From Corallochytrium limacisporum Hawaii (taxonomy: Eukaryota > Protista > Pluriformea): 64,000 nucleotides of DNA. This document shows, piece after piece, positions 22,381-33,448 of this stretch. Positions within the stretch are counted from its first letter, which is position 1, and each line of letters starts with the position of its first letter. The position numbers were made by a program, and so were the translations under genes. The notes beneath the pieces are model-generated. The model made no database searches, was not told the origin of the DNA, and saw only the letters and a list, made by a program, of their open reading frames with translations. The stretch covers positions 62,001 through 126,000 of the forward strand of contig PDIP01000014.1 of the NCBI GenBank assembly GCA_002811645.1, given 5' to 3'.

Positions 22381-24393
22381 GGCCACGGATCCGCCACATT
22401 CCCGCCCCTTAAGAGTAACCCACACCACCAATGCCAACACCAAGGCTCTCCCCCCCTCCCCCTTCCGGGAGGGCGGGGCGCGGGCAAACGTCAAAATCGT
22501 CGTCTCTTGCGTTCGGTGGTACTCCCCGGCTGTCCCAGAACTGCGGCTGGGGAAGGGGGGAGGGGTCGGTCGGCGGGTGGGTAGTAGGGGTGCGGCGGTG
22601 CGTGCAAAAGCCAAATGGCTTATCGAGAAGCAACCGCAAAAAAAATAGGAAAAAGGGCGGGTTGGGGAGAGAGAGAGAGAGAGAGAGTGTGTGTGAGAGG
22701 GGAGATGGGTGCTTTGTGGTGGCTTTGTGCAAACGCTGATCCCAGAGCCGCAGTTTCTCGCGCCATAATTTTCTTCTGACGACTGGCCACCAGAGCACGC
22801 ACACTTTTCGCACTCAATATCGATAATCGTATTTTCCGGTGACGTACATATTGAATTGAGTTTTTGATACAAAGTAGATTGAACTTTGTAGGGTAGGATA
22901 ATCCGAAAGCGTGGGGAGTGAGGTACCCCCCATGCTCCCCCGGTTTGCGGGCTGGTGATATGTGAATTTGTCGCAGAAAGCAGGGCGCGCTCCTTGGTAT
23001 ATTCAATACTGGATTTTGCCAAGACGCAACCGCCTGCGGGTGCTCAGACGTGGCAACGGGAGTCCACACCAAAAGTCTATTGGCATGACCCATTCCCTCC
23101 TAAAGAGCGCTATATTAAATGTACCGGAAAACTGGAGAGGAACGCTACCAGACCTCATAGGTGCACGCCGGCGGAAGCGGAAATCGGAGGGGCACGCCTT
23201 TCCCCCTCACGGCTCTGGTACCATTGCCTACTTGGCGTTGGCCGTATACTGGTGTAGGCACCAAAACAAAAAAAAGGAAAAAAGGGAAGGGAGAGTCGGG
23301 TGTTGGCGGTGTGTGCGACCGGGCTATCAAAAATCTTTCTCCCTCTCTCTCTCTCTCTCTCTCTCCCCACCCCGCGCCGCACACACCCGAGGGGAGGTGG
23401 AGGGGAAAGTTTGTTTGGCGTGAAAAGGTCATGAGCCAAGAGACTGAGGCAGGGAACGGTAGTACCCCATCGGGAACGGAACGGCGTGGTTCTCTTTCTT
23501 ATATAAAAACAGTAGTCTAGTTTCCAGTAAACTGTGTCAAAGACGCGTATACCAAGAATTGCACAGGTCCAAAAGTTTTGTTTGTTTCGGGTGATCCCAG
23601 ATCACTCGGAAGTCTTGCTTCGGCCGCTTCACGCCGAATGCAGCCAAAACATAGGTCTATCTCTGAATATATAGGTCATACTCATATAGAAGTGCCTGTT
23701 AGCATATTTAATATATTCTATTTCTTTCCAATATGTGACATTATTGTCAGTTTGTTGGTAAGTTTGTCAACGCGGGGGGACAGTGGAGTCCCGTGATTTG
23801 AAATTGTCGGCATGACTCTTCCGAACGGCACATGACAGTAACATCTCCCCACAGCAGTGGCTCTGTATACTCCTACCAGCACATTCAACGCGCCACACTC
23901 CTGGGAAACTCAATATCAAAAGTATGACACAAAAGAAATTGTGAACGGACCAGTACAACAAAAATATAACAAAAAAAATACTCTCAGGAAAGGCTTCCTG
24001 TCCTATCGCGTACATGCGGGAGGAACCGCGGAAGTTGCGTGCGTGTGCCGTGTACAGAGGGGGTACATGTGTCGCCAACTGTGCGGGTGTGAGTGGGTGG
24101 GTACGGTTCACCACGGGGTTTTGGAACCGAAAACGGTGGCGAAAACAAAACACTCACTCAGCCAAGGAGTGAACCAAGAGATAGACGAAGCAAACTGCTG
24201 TGGTTTTTTGTTAGTTTATAAAATTGGTGTTTTGTTTTGCAGTCGTCCGTGCGTACCATAGCCCAATCCTCGTTGTCAAATTGCGTGGGTATAAAATACA
24301 AGGCATAGACTCTTTCCCTCATAGAACTGATTCTATTCACCATAAATCGCATACGTTCGGGACGTTCATCCGTTAAAAATATACACAACAAAT

Positions 24394-24924
24394 ATGAAGT
24401 TGTTTGAAGCTACTCACACTTTCCTCCGTCCGTGGTCGGTTATGACTGCTGCAGCATGGCAGAAGTATCCTAATCCTCTGCGTCCCGATGTTGTTGCTGT
24501 AGATGTTTTGGACCGGCGAGTGACAGAGGACGGCAAGCTTTTAACACAGCGTTTGATCACGTACGAGGGAAAGCTGCCTGCATGGTTTTCTTCTCTCTTC
24601 GGGAATGAACCCCTGTGCTACTCTTTCGAAGAGAGCATCGTAGACCCCAAGACCCAAACCATGACTCAGACTACACGCAACCTTACGGGAAACAATGTAC
24701 TCAGTGTTAGCGAAATTTGCGAGTACAAGGCCGGAGAGTCAGGAAACACCGTCCAGGACCAGGTAGCAGAAATTCGTGCTTTTGCTGGTTTCAGTGCCTT
24801 GTGCCACCGCATTGAGAACCATGTCCACCAACAGTTTGACAAAAGCGCTCAGAAGGGTCGTGAGGCCATCGAGTGCGTTGCGGAGATGCTCCACCTTGAC
24901 CATATGGAGTCTCAGACAAACTAG
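24394..24924 (+). CDS. PRELID3B: PRELI/MSF1 family mitochondrial lipid-transfer protein (PRELID3/Ups2-like)
   Basis: HTF..PW..MTAAAWQKYPNP..VVAVDVLDRRV..G.LLTQRLI and EESIVDP. Confidence 0.9.
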   Translation: MKLFEATHTFLRPWSVMTAAAWQKYPNPLRPDVVAVDVLDRRVTEDGKLLTQRLITYEGKLPAWFSSLFGNEPLCYSFEESIVDPKTQTMTQTTRNLTGNNVLSVSEICEYKAGESGNTVQDQVAEIRAFAGFSALCHRIENHVHQQFDKSAQKGREAIECVAEMLHLDHMESQTN

Positions 24925-25276
24925 GCCCAGGTGTTGGATATTATTATTGTTCTCATAGTTTATTTTGCCGAAACTTTCGGCACCTTAAAGAATTTGTTCT
25001 GCATATCAACATACATACATTATGACGTCGAAATTTACACCATAGATAGTTCTGTATCGAAAATTCATTTGGTACTGGTACCGATAGCGATAATCCTGGA
25101 TTCTTCAACTCATGCCACCGAAAGGCTTGCCAACGCAGGAAAAATCAAGCATATCATATCATGTACAATTTTTGTATTGTGTTGTGCTTGGTCCCATACT
25201 TGGAACCGCAGAAGCATGTTTAGTTTAGCTTACAGGGTACGCATGTCAACTTGTGGCTCTGTTTTCGAAAGGATAC

Positions 25277-26104
25277 TTACTTTTCAGGTCCAGTCACAGC
25301 CCATCCTTGCTCCTTGGCGTCGTCGAAGCGGGTAGGCGACTGCATCTTCATGATCATGCCAATGCCGTAGAAGAGAATGCTAATACAAACGAAGGAAACG
25401 ATGAGACCGGACAGAATCGGGATGGTGAAGAAGATGTACACATATTCATCATCACCCTGCGATGGGTCTTCCTGGCGACGCATGGTTCCAGTATCGCTGT
25501 GTCCGCTAAGCATGACCAGGTAGTCCCTGTCGTATTGGGTCCTGAGATCACCCAGGACTTTGTCGACAGTCGCCTCGGAGGCCTTGCGATCCTCGTCGGC
25601 CAGAGATATTGTCAGGTAGACTGTCTCGCAGCCTTCCCGAGTGAGCTCATCAGTGCTGCATTCGCTACCGTTCAACTGCTTAGTGCACTGCTTGGATACA
25701 CGCGTCTTCAGTACCTTGAAAAACGTATCGCTGGCGTCCACAGCCTGGTTTTCCAAGCGTGACAATTGTACGCTGTTAGCACCAGCCTCAGAAACAAGCG
25801 ATCCAAAGCTTTTGAATGGAACATTTTCCCGGTTCATATAGTCAGTGACACGAAGACCCTCCTGTGTAAAAAGTACCACGGCCTTGGGCGAGTCCTCAGA
25901 CTCGTGGTTGCACTTGTACTTTGCCGATCCCGTCGCAATGGACGTGAACAGTGACTGCAGAGTACTGTGCTCAGCAGCATTCTTACAGCCGCTAAATGAA
26001 CCAGTACCACTAACGGCAAATGTCGGATAGTAATGAGAAACTTCAAGACCGGCGACAGCCTGGCCGGCCACAGCCAGGGTCGCGAACAGACAGGTGACCT
26101 TCAT
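25277..26104 (-). CDS. ATP6AP1: V-ATPase accessory subunit Ac45/Voa1-like
   Basis: Signal peptide plus C-terminal TM motif FFTIPILSGLIVS..YGIGMIMKMQSPTRFDD. Confidence 0.75.
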   Translation of the reverse strand: MKVTCLFATLAVAGQAVAGLEVSHYYPTFAVSGTGSFSGCKNAAEHSTLQSLFTSIATGSAKYKCNHESEDSPKAVVLFTQEGLRVTDYMNRENVPFKSFGSLVSEAGANSVQLSRLENQAVDASDTFFKVLKTRVSKQCTKQLNGSECSTDELTREGCETVYLTISLADEDRKASEATVDKVLGDLRTQYDRDYLVMLSGHSDTGTMRRQEDPSQGDDEYVYIFFTIPILSGLIVSFVCISILFYGIGMIMKMQSPTRFDDAKEQGWAVTGPEK

Positions 26105-26863
26105 TGCACCCGCAAGGCCATACTCTTTGTTTACCGTTGTCTATTACGATCGCCATATCATGTCCAATAACAGTAACCAGGGATCAATATATAGGTTTAC
26201 TACATTGAAACAATTTGTCCACTTTGCGTGTGTTCACCGTAGACTTTGCAGGGGTAGATCATTTCAAGCCATAGCCATCGGAAGGTTACGGTTAAAGATG
26301 ACACTCAACAGCCGGCGGAGGACACCTCCGCCCCTCGGAAGGGGGGGGAGGGGGGTGAGGGGCTTAAGGTACTGAGGCAGAGGTGGCAGCCCGTCCGTCC
26401 AAAACAAAACGGAAAAACTGGGCATTGTGGCTATCACCTTCCATTACCAAGCTTCTTACACATCATCAACTCGATTTCCCAGGCACGAAGCAAAACAACA
26501 GAATATAAAGGGAACGGCAAGAGAATGGCAACGTTCTCCCCAAGACCCCGAAGACCGTGCTCCGCTACTCACACAATGCATTTCGAGCACGCAAACCCTT
26601 TCTTAGCGCTCTCAGTTCCAGTGTGTGGGTCCGAAAGTGCGGCAGGGACCCACCGATCACTGGTTATGACTCAATTGGCAGAGAACGGGGGTATGGAGAG
26701 CAGCGGCTGATATGGTTCATTCACTATGAAACACAGACTGGAAGGGATACTAAACAAACGAGAATAATCAACAAATCCCTGACATTTCGTATACGTAAGT
26801 ATATTAATATCCGTCAAATATTGATCTACTTGCACCAAGGCAGTGTGAAAACCTGGAGCGCGC

Positions 26864-28489
26864 TTAGTCGTTTAGCATGCCATTGCGCTTGGCAGCCCAC
26901 ACTAGAGCAACCATAATGAGTCCCATGAAGCCGATGATAACAAAGAAGGGGCCCACACTGTCCACTTTGTCAGTCTGGAATGGCACGGTTACATTCATAC
27001 CAAAGATCTGTGATACCAAATTGAGAGGCAAAAGCACAGAAGCACCGATTGTAAGTCGACCGACCATGACGTTGAGCTTCCGTGAAGACCGGGCTACTTC
27101 AATACTAACCATGGAATAGTAGGCATCTTGTGCTGTACCCAGGGTGTCCTTGGAACCATGAATATCTTCAAGCATACTAATAATGTCATCAAGAACATCT
27201 CGGAGATATTGTTTGGTGAGGTCACCAAGCTTGAACTGCCTTCCCGGCCCCGACAGCACAGTCAGAATTTCTTTCTTAGGGCCCAAGAGTCGACGCGCCT
27301 GGGCCAAACGATTCCGTCCCCCGCCGATGCGCCTCAGCATATCTCCTTGTTCACCTTCGCTGATGATCAACACCAGATCGTCGATGGCCAGAATTTCGGC
27401 CTCAATGGCCTCTACCTGGGGAATGTAGACATCGATCATCTCGTCCATAAGGCAGTACATGACCCAGTCTGATCTGAATGTGGTTTTGCTGGCCTGAAGT
27501 CTTGCCACCGTAGAGTTGTAAAATGGGATGTCCTCATCATGGAAGGTAAGAATAATGCGATGATACACTGCAAGATAGATCGGTGAATACTCGAGGTGAC
27601 TCCCCTGACCCTGCATAAGGAAGTCCCAACAAATAAAGGCGTACCGATCAAAAAGTTCAAGCTTCTCGCGATCCTCCAGCTCTGTGATGTCTTCAAGGGA
27701 CAGCGAGTGAAGACCAAAAACTCTGTGCGCCATTTGGAGCATGCTGTCTGACGGATTATAAATGTCAATCCAAGCACAGTACTCCGTGTCAGCCAGGAAA
27801 TGCATATCAAATCGCATGACAAAATCTTCGAGGCTGTCAAACTTTTCCACTCCCTTCTCTTTTGACCAGACCCGCACAATGTCAAAAGGTTCAGTGGCAT
27901 TCTCACCCTCTGGGTGAGTAGCTCTCAGGCTGTCCATGGGCCTCAGCAGAGCATCTTCTTCACTGTGTTGAGTGACGGTATCCTGGCAGCTCCCTTGCCC
28001 GAAAGACCCCCTGAGTCCGTCCGTGACCTTTCGCAGATGCAATTGGCTCATCGCCGTCATAGTCTCGCGATAACGTCTAAAATCAGAGATGAAGTCGTAG
28101 ACATCAGCCTCTTCATTTTCATCATAGATAGCGCCAACGGCTTTCCTTGTGCGGCGGTTGGAGGCAGCGCCAGTCGTGACTACAGATTTCGTTTGGCCAC
28201 TTCTAATCCGCCCGGCAGTAGCAGCAGGTTGTCCTGGCGATGCATCCCGAGAAATTTGTGACTGCTGTTGCGCTAGCTCTCGTCGCTGGAGCCTCGGCGA
28301 GTTTGTAGCGGAGGCAGAGGCAAACCGTGCATGCAAACCCTTTGCCAACTTGGTGTTCACTGCTGGCAAAGGCGTGTCCCTGTCCTCGGGTCCCTGATGA
28401 GCAGGGACCGGCTCCGTTACCTCTTCCGCCCCATCCGAAAGTTCAATGCTTGGAAGATCCAAGATAGAACCAGACTGCTTCTCTGACAT
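26864..28489 (-). CDS. CorA-family Mg2+ transporter (Alr1/Mnr2-like)
   Basis: WIDI..P, FGLHSLSLEDI, REKLELF, YLRDV.D, two C-terminal TM helices with GMN (FGMNV). Confidence 0.92.
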   Translation of the reverse strand: MSEKQSGSILDLPSIELSDGAEEVTEPVPAHQGPEDRDTPLPAVNTKLAKGLHARFASASATNSPRLQRRELAQQQSQISRDASPGQPAATAGRIRSGQTKSVVTTGAASNRRTRKAVGAIYDENEEADVYDFISDFRRYRETMTAMSQLHLRKVTDGLRGSFGQGSCQDTVTQHSEEDALLRPMDSLRATHPEGENATEPFDIVRVWSKEKGVEKFDSLEDFVMRFDMHFLADTEYCAWIDIYNPSDSMLQMAHRVFGLHSLSLEDITELEDREKLELFDRYAFICWDFLMQGQGSHLEYSPIYLAVYHRIILTFHDEDIPFYNSTVARLQASKTTFRSDWVMYCLMDEMIDVYIPQVEAIEAEILAIDDLVLIISEGEQGDMLRRIGGGRNRLAQARRLLGPKKEILTVLSGPGRQFKLGDLTKQYLRDVLDDIISMLEDIHGSKDTLGTAQDAYYSMVSIEVARSSRKLNVMVGRLTIGASVLLPLNLVSQIFGMNVTVPFQTDKVDSVGPFFVIIGFMGLIMVALVWAAKRNGMLND

Positions 28490-29533
28490 GTTGATCAGAA
28501 CTTACGTTTGCGAACAAATTCCTACGAGCAGGTGTTGATCGGCCCTTTACATAATACTTTATGCGCCAAACCTTAAGCCACAGTTTAGCCCATGTTCCGC
28601 CTTGTACAACAAATGCATTGTGTTCCATTCATAACAGCATGATTGTACACACTATGGAGCATTGACAAGGGTACGCTGATGTACCTGCCATGCGCTGGCT
28701 TGTCCCCTGTCGCAACCTTACCCAAAACGGGAGAGGCAAACGGTGGCCAATTGTCCCCCTCTCTTTCGCTATGGTAGGCATAGTTCCCTTTGAACACACC
28801 ACCCTCTCCGCCTCGGCATGCGGGCCGGGGTGGGAGAAGACGGGCGATAAGTGTCAGTCGGTTGTTGCAGCTCCCACAGCAGCCCCAGTACTAAGGTTGG
28901 GGATATTACTAAAGGGAGGAAACGGGAAGAAAAAATGGGGAAACATGGCCAGAGTGCGGAAGGTCCTTCAGCAGAAAAGGGAACCGCCCGGGGTTGGGGG
29001 AGAAAAATGGGGGGTCTTGCAGACGGTTCGGCACACAGACCCGGCCGGCCGACCTCCGCCGGGGGTGGCAGGTGGGTTGGCCAGGAGGGTGCCATTTATT
29101 TCGTTGGGATTTGCTTGTGGTTCCGAATTCGGTCATGCTATCTGTATAGGGGAGGGGTTGTGACACGGCGATGATACTTTTCATATTACGCTTAAATCGG
29201 GAGATGTGCCCAAAGAAAACAATAAAAGAGGAGGTTGGGACGTTTGCGGGGCCCACCCTCCCAGCCGTTCTTTGCCAGTGACTGATGGGCGCAAGCGGGC
29301 ACAGAAATATTGATTTTTACGGGCCGGTCCCTCTCCCGCTCCCTGTGTTTGCTGTTCCATCCATCTCGAGGAGCCGATTCTATTCGGACCGAGTGGAATA
29401 AACCTACTTCAGGCCCACACGAGGCACATGAGAGGTAGAATTTTGGGAGCATGTGCTTTAAGGCCTTGTGGTTCATTGAGGAAGATAGTAAGAGTGTGAA
29501 GATCAGGGACCAGAAATGTAGGTGTTTTCCACC

Positions 29534-30103
29534 ATGGCAGAGACAAACCACCTTAGGACTGTATGGGCTGGCGTAGGTCGCTACCCATACTGGCCCGGTG
29601 TTGTGAAAGATCCGAGCTCACTACCTGAGAACGACCCAGTGCGCAACGAGGGCAAAGACGGACAAGTATTGGTTCACTTCTTTGGCACGTATGACTACTC
29701 GTGGGTTAATCCCACTCAAACTCTGGACTTCCGGGAAGCCTTCGACGACAAGAGCAAAAAGAATCGGGCAAAATCCTTCAAGAGGGCAATTGAGGAGGCA
29801 AATTCATATTTAGACAGTGGAGAGGTGCCCGAAGGCTTTAAGAATGATACCATTCCCGAAGACATTGATGAAGTGGAGGAGGAGCCAGTAGCTGCAGATG
29901 TGAAACCAACTGCAAAGCGGTCGAGGAGCAAGAAGCAGGTCACCCCAAAGCAAATGTCGTCCACAAAGGCGAAAAGCCGGAAGAAAATGACCCCTGAGGA
30001 AATTGTTGCCCTGGAGAAAGAGCAAAAGGCGGAACGTCGGCGAGAACGCATGAGGAAGCTTGGACTGATTGCACCGCTCCCATTCCTTGGAAAGCAAGTC
30101 TAG
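29534..30103 (+). CDS. PWWP-domain chromatin protein
   Basis: VWAGVGRYPYWPG..VHFFGTYDYSWV..FKRAIEEA followed by a basic tail. First ATG is 29534. Confidence 0.88.
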   Translation: MAETNHLRTVWAGVGRYPYWPGVVKDPSSLPENDPVRNEGKDGQVLVHFFGTYDYSWVNPTQTLDFREAFDDKSKKNRAKSFKRAIEEANSYLDSGEVPEGFKNDTIPEDIDEVEEEPVAADVKPTAKRSRSKKQVTPKQMSSTKAKSRKKMTPEEIVALEKEQKAERRRERMRKLGLIAPLPFLGKQV

Positions 30104-30144
30104 AGATAAATTTACAAACGTTTTAATTAGCACAGAGTCTGTCA

Positions 30145-31098
30145 CTAGTTCGAAGGGATGTCTGGCTTTTGTTTATGGGTCTGACAGAGTGCGTCAAGCA
30201 GCCCCTCTAAGACTTTGTTCCCACCGAACGCGGCGATTTGTGCCCGGAGCTTGGTTTCCAGATGATTCAAATACTCTCTTGTGTATTCAAAGGACCCGGC
30301 CTTTTCAAGCAGCTTGAGTGCGTACTTCTTCAGATCCACCTCCTCAGTCCGCTGTTTGAGAATGCTGTTGATCTGAGTCCCCTGCATGCTATTTCTGATA
30401 CCGTGGATAATCGGGAATGAGAACTTTCCTTCCGTAAAGTCCTCGCAGAAGCTCTTATTGTTCATATAGTCTGTCGATGTCAGGTTCACGTAGTCGTCTC
30501 TCACCTGATAATAAAGACCGAGGTCGTCTAGCAATTGGTTGTAATCCCGTTTGTCCTCACTGCATGCCTGCATAAGGCGTACGGCCAAGCGGAACAAACC
30601 GCCTGTTTTCTGTTTGACCATATTTCCATACTCTTCCTCGGTAGGACATGTGTTTGAATCGCGCCAGTAGATATCCATTCCTTGTCCCCTATGCAGCGTG
30701 CAGAGTTCCTCGCTAAACACCGTGATTGCATTCGCTGAGCTTAGTTCATTTACTTTCTCCATGGCAAGAAAATAGACGTAGTTGGCGGAGTTTATTGTCT
30801 GTGCGACGCCGAAAATCAAATGCGCAACGGGAACACCTCGGCGCAGTTTTGAGTTGTCCTGGATGTCGTCAATCATTAAACTCGCAGTGTGCAACATGGA
30901 AACCACTTCTCCAATGGCTTCTAACTTCTCTTGTGGAATCTGTAGATACTGCTGGAAAGCTAAGAGGAGCGTAGAACGGACTCCTTTTCCTGGTATGCCA
31001 GCGATGTGTTCATATGGCTCCAGGAGGATCTTCTCCTGTCCAGAGTGTACGTTTAGCGACATGGTGAATGTTGCAGCCCCACTGTCATTGCACGCCAT
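30145..31098 (-). CDS. GGPS1: Geranylgeranyl pyrophosphate synthase (type III)
   Basis: PGKGVR, HTASLMIDDIQDNSKLRRG, LHRGQGMDIYWRD, KTGGLF, QVRDDY and EDFTEGKFSFP. Start is either 31098 or 31062. Confidence 0.95.
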   Translation of the reverse strand: MACNDSGAATFTMSLNVHSGQEKILLEPYEHIAGIPGKGVRSTLLLAFQQYLQIPQEKLEAIGEVVSMLHTASLMIDDIQDNSKLRRGVPVAHLIFGVAQTINSANYVYFLAMEKVNELSSANAITVFSEELCTLHRGQGMDIYWRDSNTCPTEEEYGNMVKQKTGGLFRLAVRLMQACSEDKRDYNQLLDDLGLYYQVRDDYVNLTSTDYMNNKSFCEDFTEGKFSFPIIHGIRNSMQGTQINSILKQRTEEVDLKKYALKLLEKAGSFEYTREYLNHLETKLRAQIAAFGGNKVLEGLLDALCQTHKQKPDIPSN

Positions 31099-31718
31099 TG
31101 ATCCTCTCCTCACAACACATATCAATGCCGTAGATCGTGTGCCTGCGCCTCCGAACTACCTGTCCTGCACGACATATGCAATGGCGTCGCTGAATGAAAC
31201 GCAGCCCGTTTGTATCCATGGACTGATTCAACTTCCCTCTCCCGTTCCCCCGCTTCTTTGTCAGCGTTGCCTCTACCAACACCCCTGCTTTGTCAGCGTT
31301 ACCACCCTCCCAGGCCCCCCCCCCCGCCCTACTGCTGCCTCCAGGTCACAATGAGGACAGGGCTCCTTATTGATCTACTCATCCCTCACTGGGTTCCGAG
31401 CGCCCCCGGGCCAGCCACCACCACGGAGGGACGAAACGGACAGGGGCCAGAGAGTGTTGGGGACGGAGGACTTCGTTTTAGGAAGTGTGTACTGTATTGA
31501 GGGCAACTTTTCCATTGCGGACCACGGTCTCCCCGCTGGTACCTCGTCCTTCACGCATCCCAAGGAGTGACGGGAGCAGACAAGCTGAGGCGTCCGGCCG
31601 TTTTGGGGAACTTGGCCTAGCACCTAGCTATTCAAAGAGGAAGCCTTGGTATGACTGCATGGCTTAGCTTCATCGAACCGTAAAATGTCTGGCATCCAAT
31701 AGGACTATACCGAAGACT

Positions 31719-32816
31719 ATGTCATTGGGTTTGCTGAGAGCAGTTGGTACCACCTGGGTACCTCGAGTGGGCCGCCAGTCAGTGCGGTCACTGCCACTGA
31801 ATATGTGGCAGTCACGTTCCATGGGTAGTGTGGATCTGGCAGCAAAGAGAGTAGAACAGCATGGATCACTGGCGGTGAATGTACCGTGTTGTATCAAGAT
31901 TCGTCCCCTCCTGGCGGACGAATACAAGGTCAAAGTAACTGGAGAGTCTGACGCACTCGAATCCCTTGCAAATGCCATAGAGGTAACAGACGAGGACAAT
32001 CATCTCAATGTTGTCGTGCCTGATAGCAAAAGATCGAGCTTGGATCGGAGCCTGGAGCAGTGCTTCATAGAGGCTGAAGTCCCAATCAATTGGACAATGA
32101 CTTTAGAGTGCAACGGACATGTCGATGTTGACCAGATGGAAGCAGAATTGAAGGCAACCAGTGTTCGAGGCGACATCAATATCGGAAAGGTCAAGGGAGA
32201 AAACATTAATCTTCAGGCTTTGACTGGAAACATTTTTGCAGAGAGCATCAAAGGAGATGTCGCACTGAAGGTGCAAGGCAGTGGCAACGTCACCGTCGGA
32301 ATCATGGTGGGTAATGAGTTGGTTTGCAAAGCCGAGAACGGGCATACCAAATTGGACGCAATCTATATGCAAGAATCAGAAGTATACAGTTTGAGCGGTG
32401 ACCTAGAGCTCGGTGACTGCCACGGGGAGATGGATATCAACACCATTGACGGTGACATCGCCATCAAGACTTGGGATGGCCAACTTGGGGCGCGCACACA
32501 ACATGGCGATATTTCTTTGCACATTGCCCGTAGTGAGCCCAGAGTTGCACTGCTGGCGGAAGATGGCAATATTGACATCACAATATCTGATGAGATGTCT
32601 GCTGATCTCGATCTGAGGGGTGATGATATCGAGATCGATGAAAACATAGATGTTGAGGATTTGCACGCTCAAGAAGATTATGATCGCCCAATGACCACCG
32701 GAAAGATCAAAGGTGGTGGGCCGGCCATTATTGCTGAGGCGCATGATGGAACCATCACGCTTAAGGCCCTGGATTGGGGTGAGGCTATGCAGCGGGCAAT
32801 GGCAAAGAAGAAGTGA
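31719..32816 (+). CDS. FAM185A: DUF4097 beta-strand-repeat protein (FAM185A-like) with probable mitochondrial presequence
   Basis: Repeated ..xGdI.. beta-solenoid units. R/S/L-rich N-terminus without acidic residues. Confidence 0.7.
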   Translation: MSLGLLRAVGTTWVPRVGRQSVRSLPLNMWQSRSMGSVDLAAKRVEQHGSLAVNVPCCIKIRPLLADEYKVKVTGESDALESLANAIEVTDEDNHLNVVVPDSKRSSLDRSLEQCFIEAEVPINWTMTLECNGHVDVDQMEAELKATSVRGDINIGKVKGENINLQALTGNIFAESIKGDVALKVQGSGNVTVGIMVGNELVCKAENGHTKLDAIYMQESEVYSLSGDLELGDCHGEMDINTIDGDIAIKTWDGQLGARTQHGDISLHIARSEPRVALLAEDGNIDITISDEMSADLDLRGDDIEIDENIDVEDLHAQEDYDRPMTTGKIKGGGPAIIAEAHDGTITLKALDWGEAMQRAMAKKK

Positions 32817-33448
32817 TGGAATTGCAGAAAATAAAGAATCCTATGTAGTTTCTATTTCGACAAATACTTGATGCAGAGTGAGTGATGAACAAGACATCTA
32901 TTCTGCCGGCCCGCCAATATCTTCTGGTGGATCCCCCCCGGGGGGGCGTTGGGTGGGAGGGTATTGGGGAGAGAGATCAACAAAACGCAAAGAGCGCGCA
33001 GAGAAAGAAACAAGAAGCAAAAAAAAAAAGGGAAGGCGGAAAGGGGGGGGGAGGGAAGTACGCGGGATATTGACCGTGCCCAGCGTTGGCAAAGACGAGA
33101 GCGGAACTTTTTTCGCAAGCATTTGTTGTTCAGTCCCCCTTTCTGGTGTGAGTGCGTGAGTGTGTGGCTTTTTTTTAATTGTTTGCTCTCCCCCGCCCCC
33201 CCGCGGGGGGGGGGTCTCAGGGTGTGTGTGTGTGTGTGCATGTGTCACTGTGCACGGTGGCGCCGGTACCTCTTGCTGACATCAACGGTGTCTACAGACA
33301 GTTGTGCAGTCCAGGAACCACCAAGGCAAGCCATCTGTCGCACGACGGAGGACCATAGAGCTATGAAGAGTGCGATTATTCTATCAAATACATTGAGTTA
33401 TGGTGCCAGTTCATAGAGATTTGGCATTGACCGGCTCAGAATCATTAA

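Noticed and set aside
21445-23520. Many overlapping 100-250-aa ORFs
   Set aside because: They run through microsatellites and G/C tracts, giving low-complexity, non-protein-like translations.
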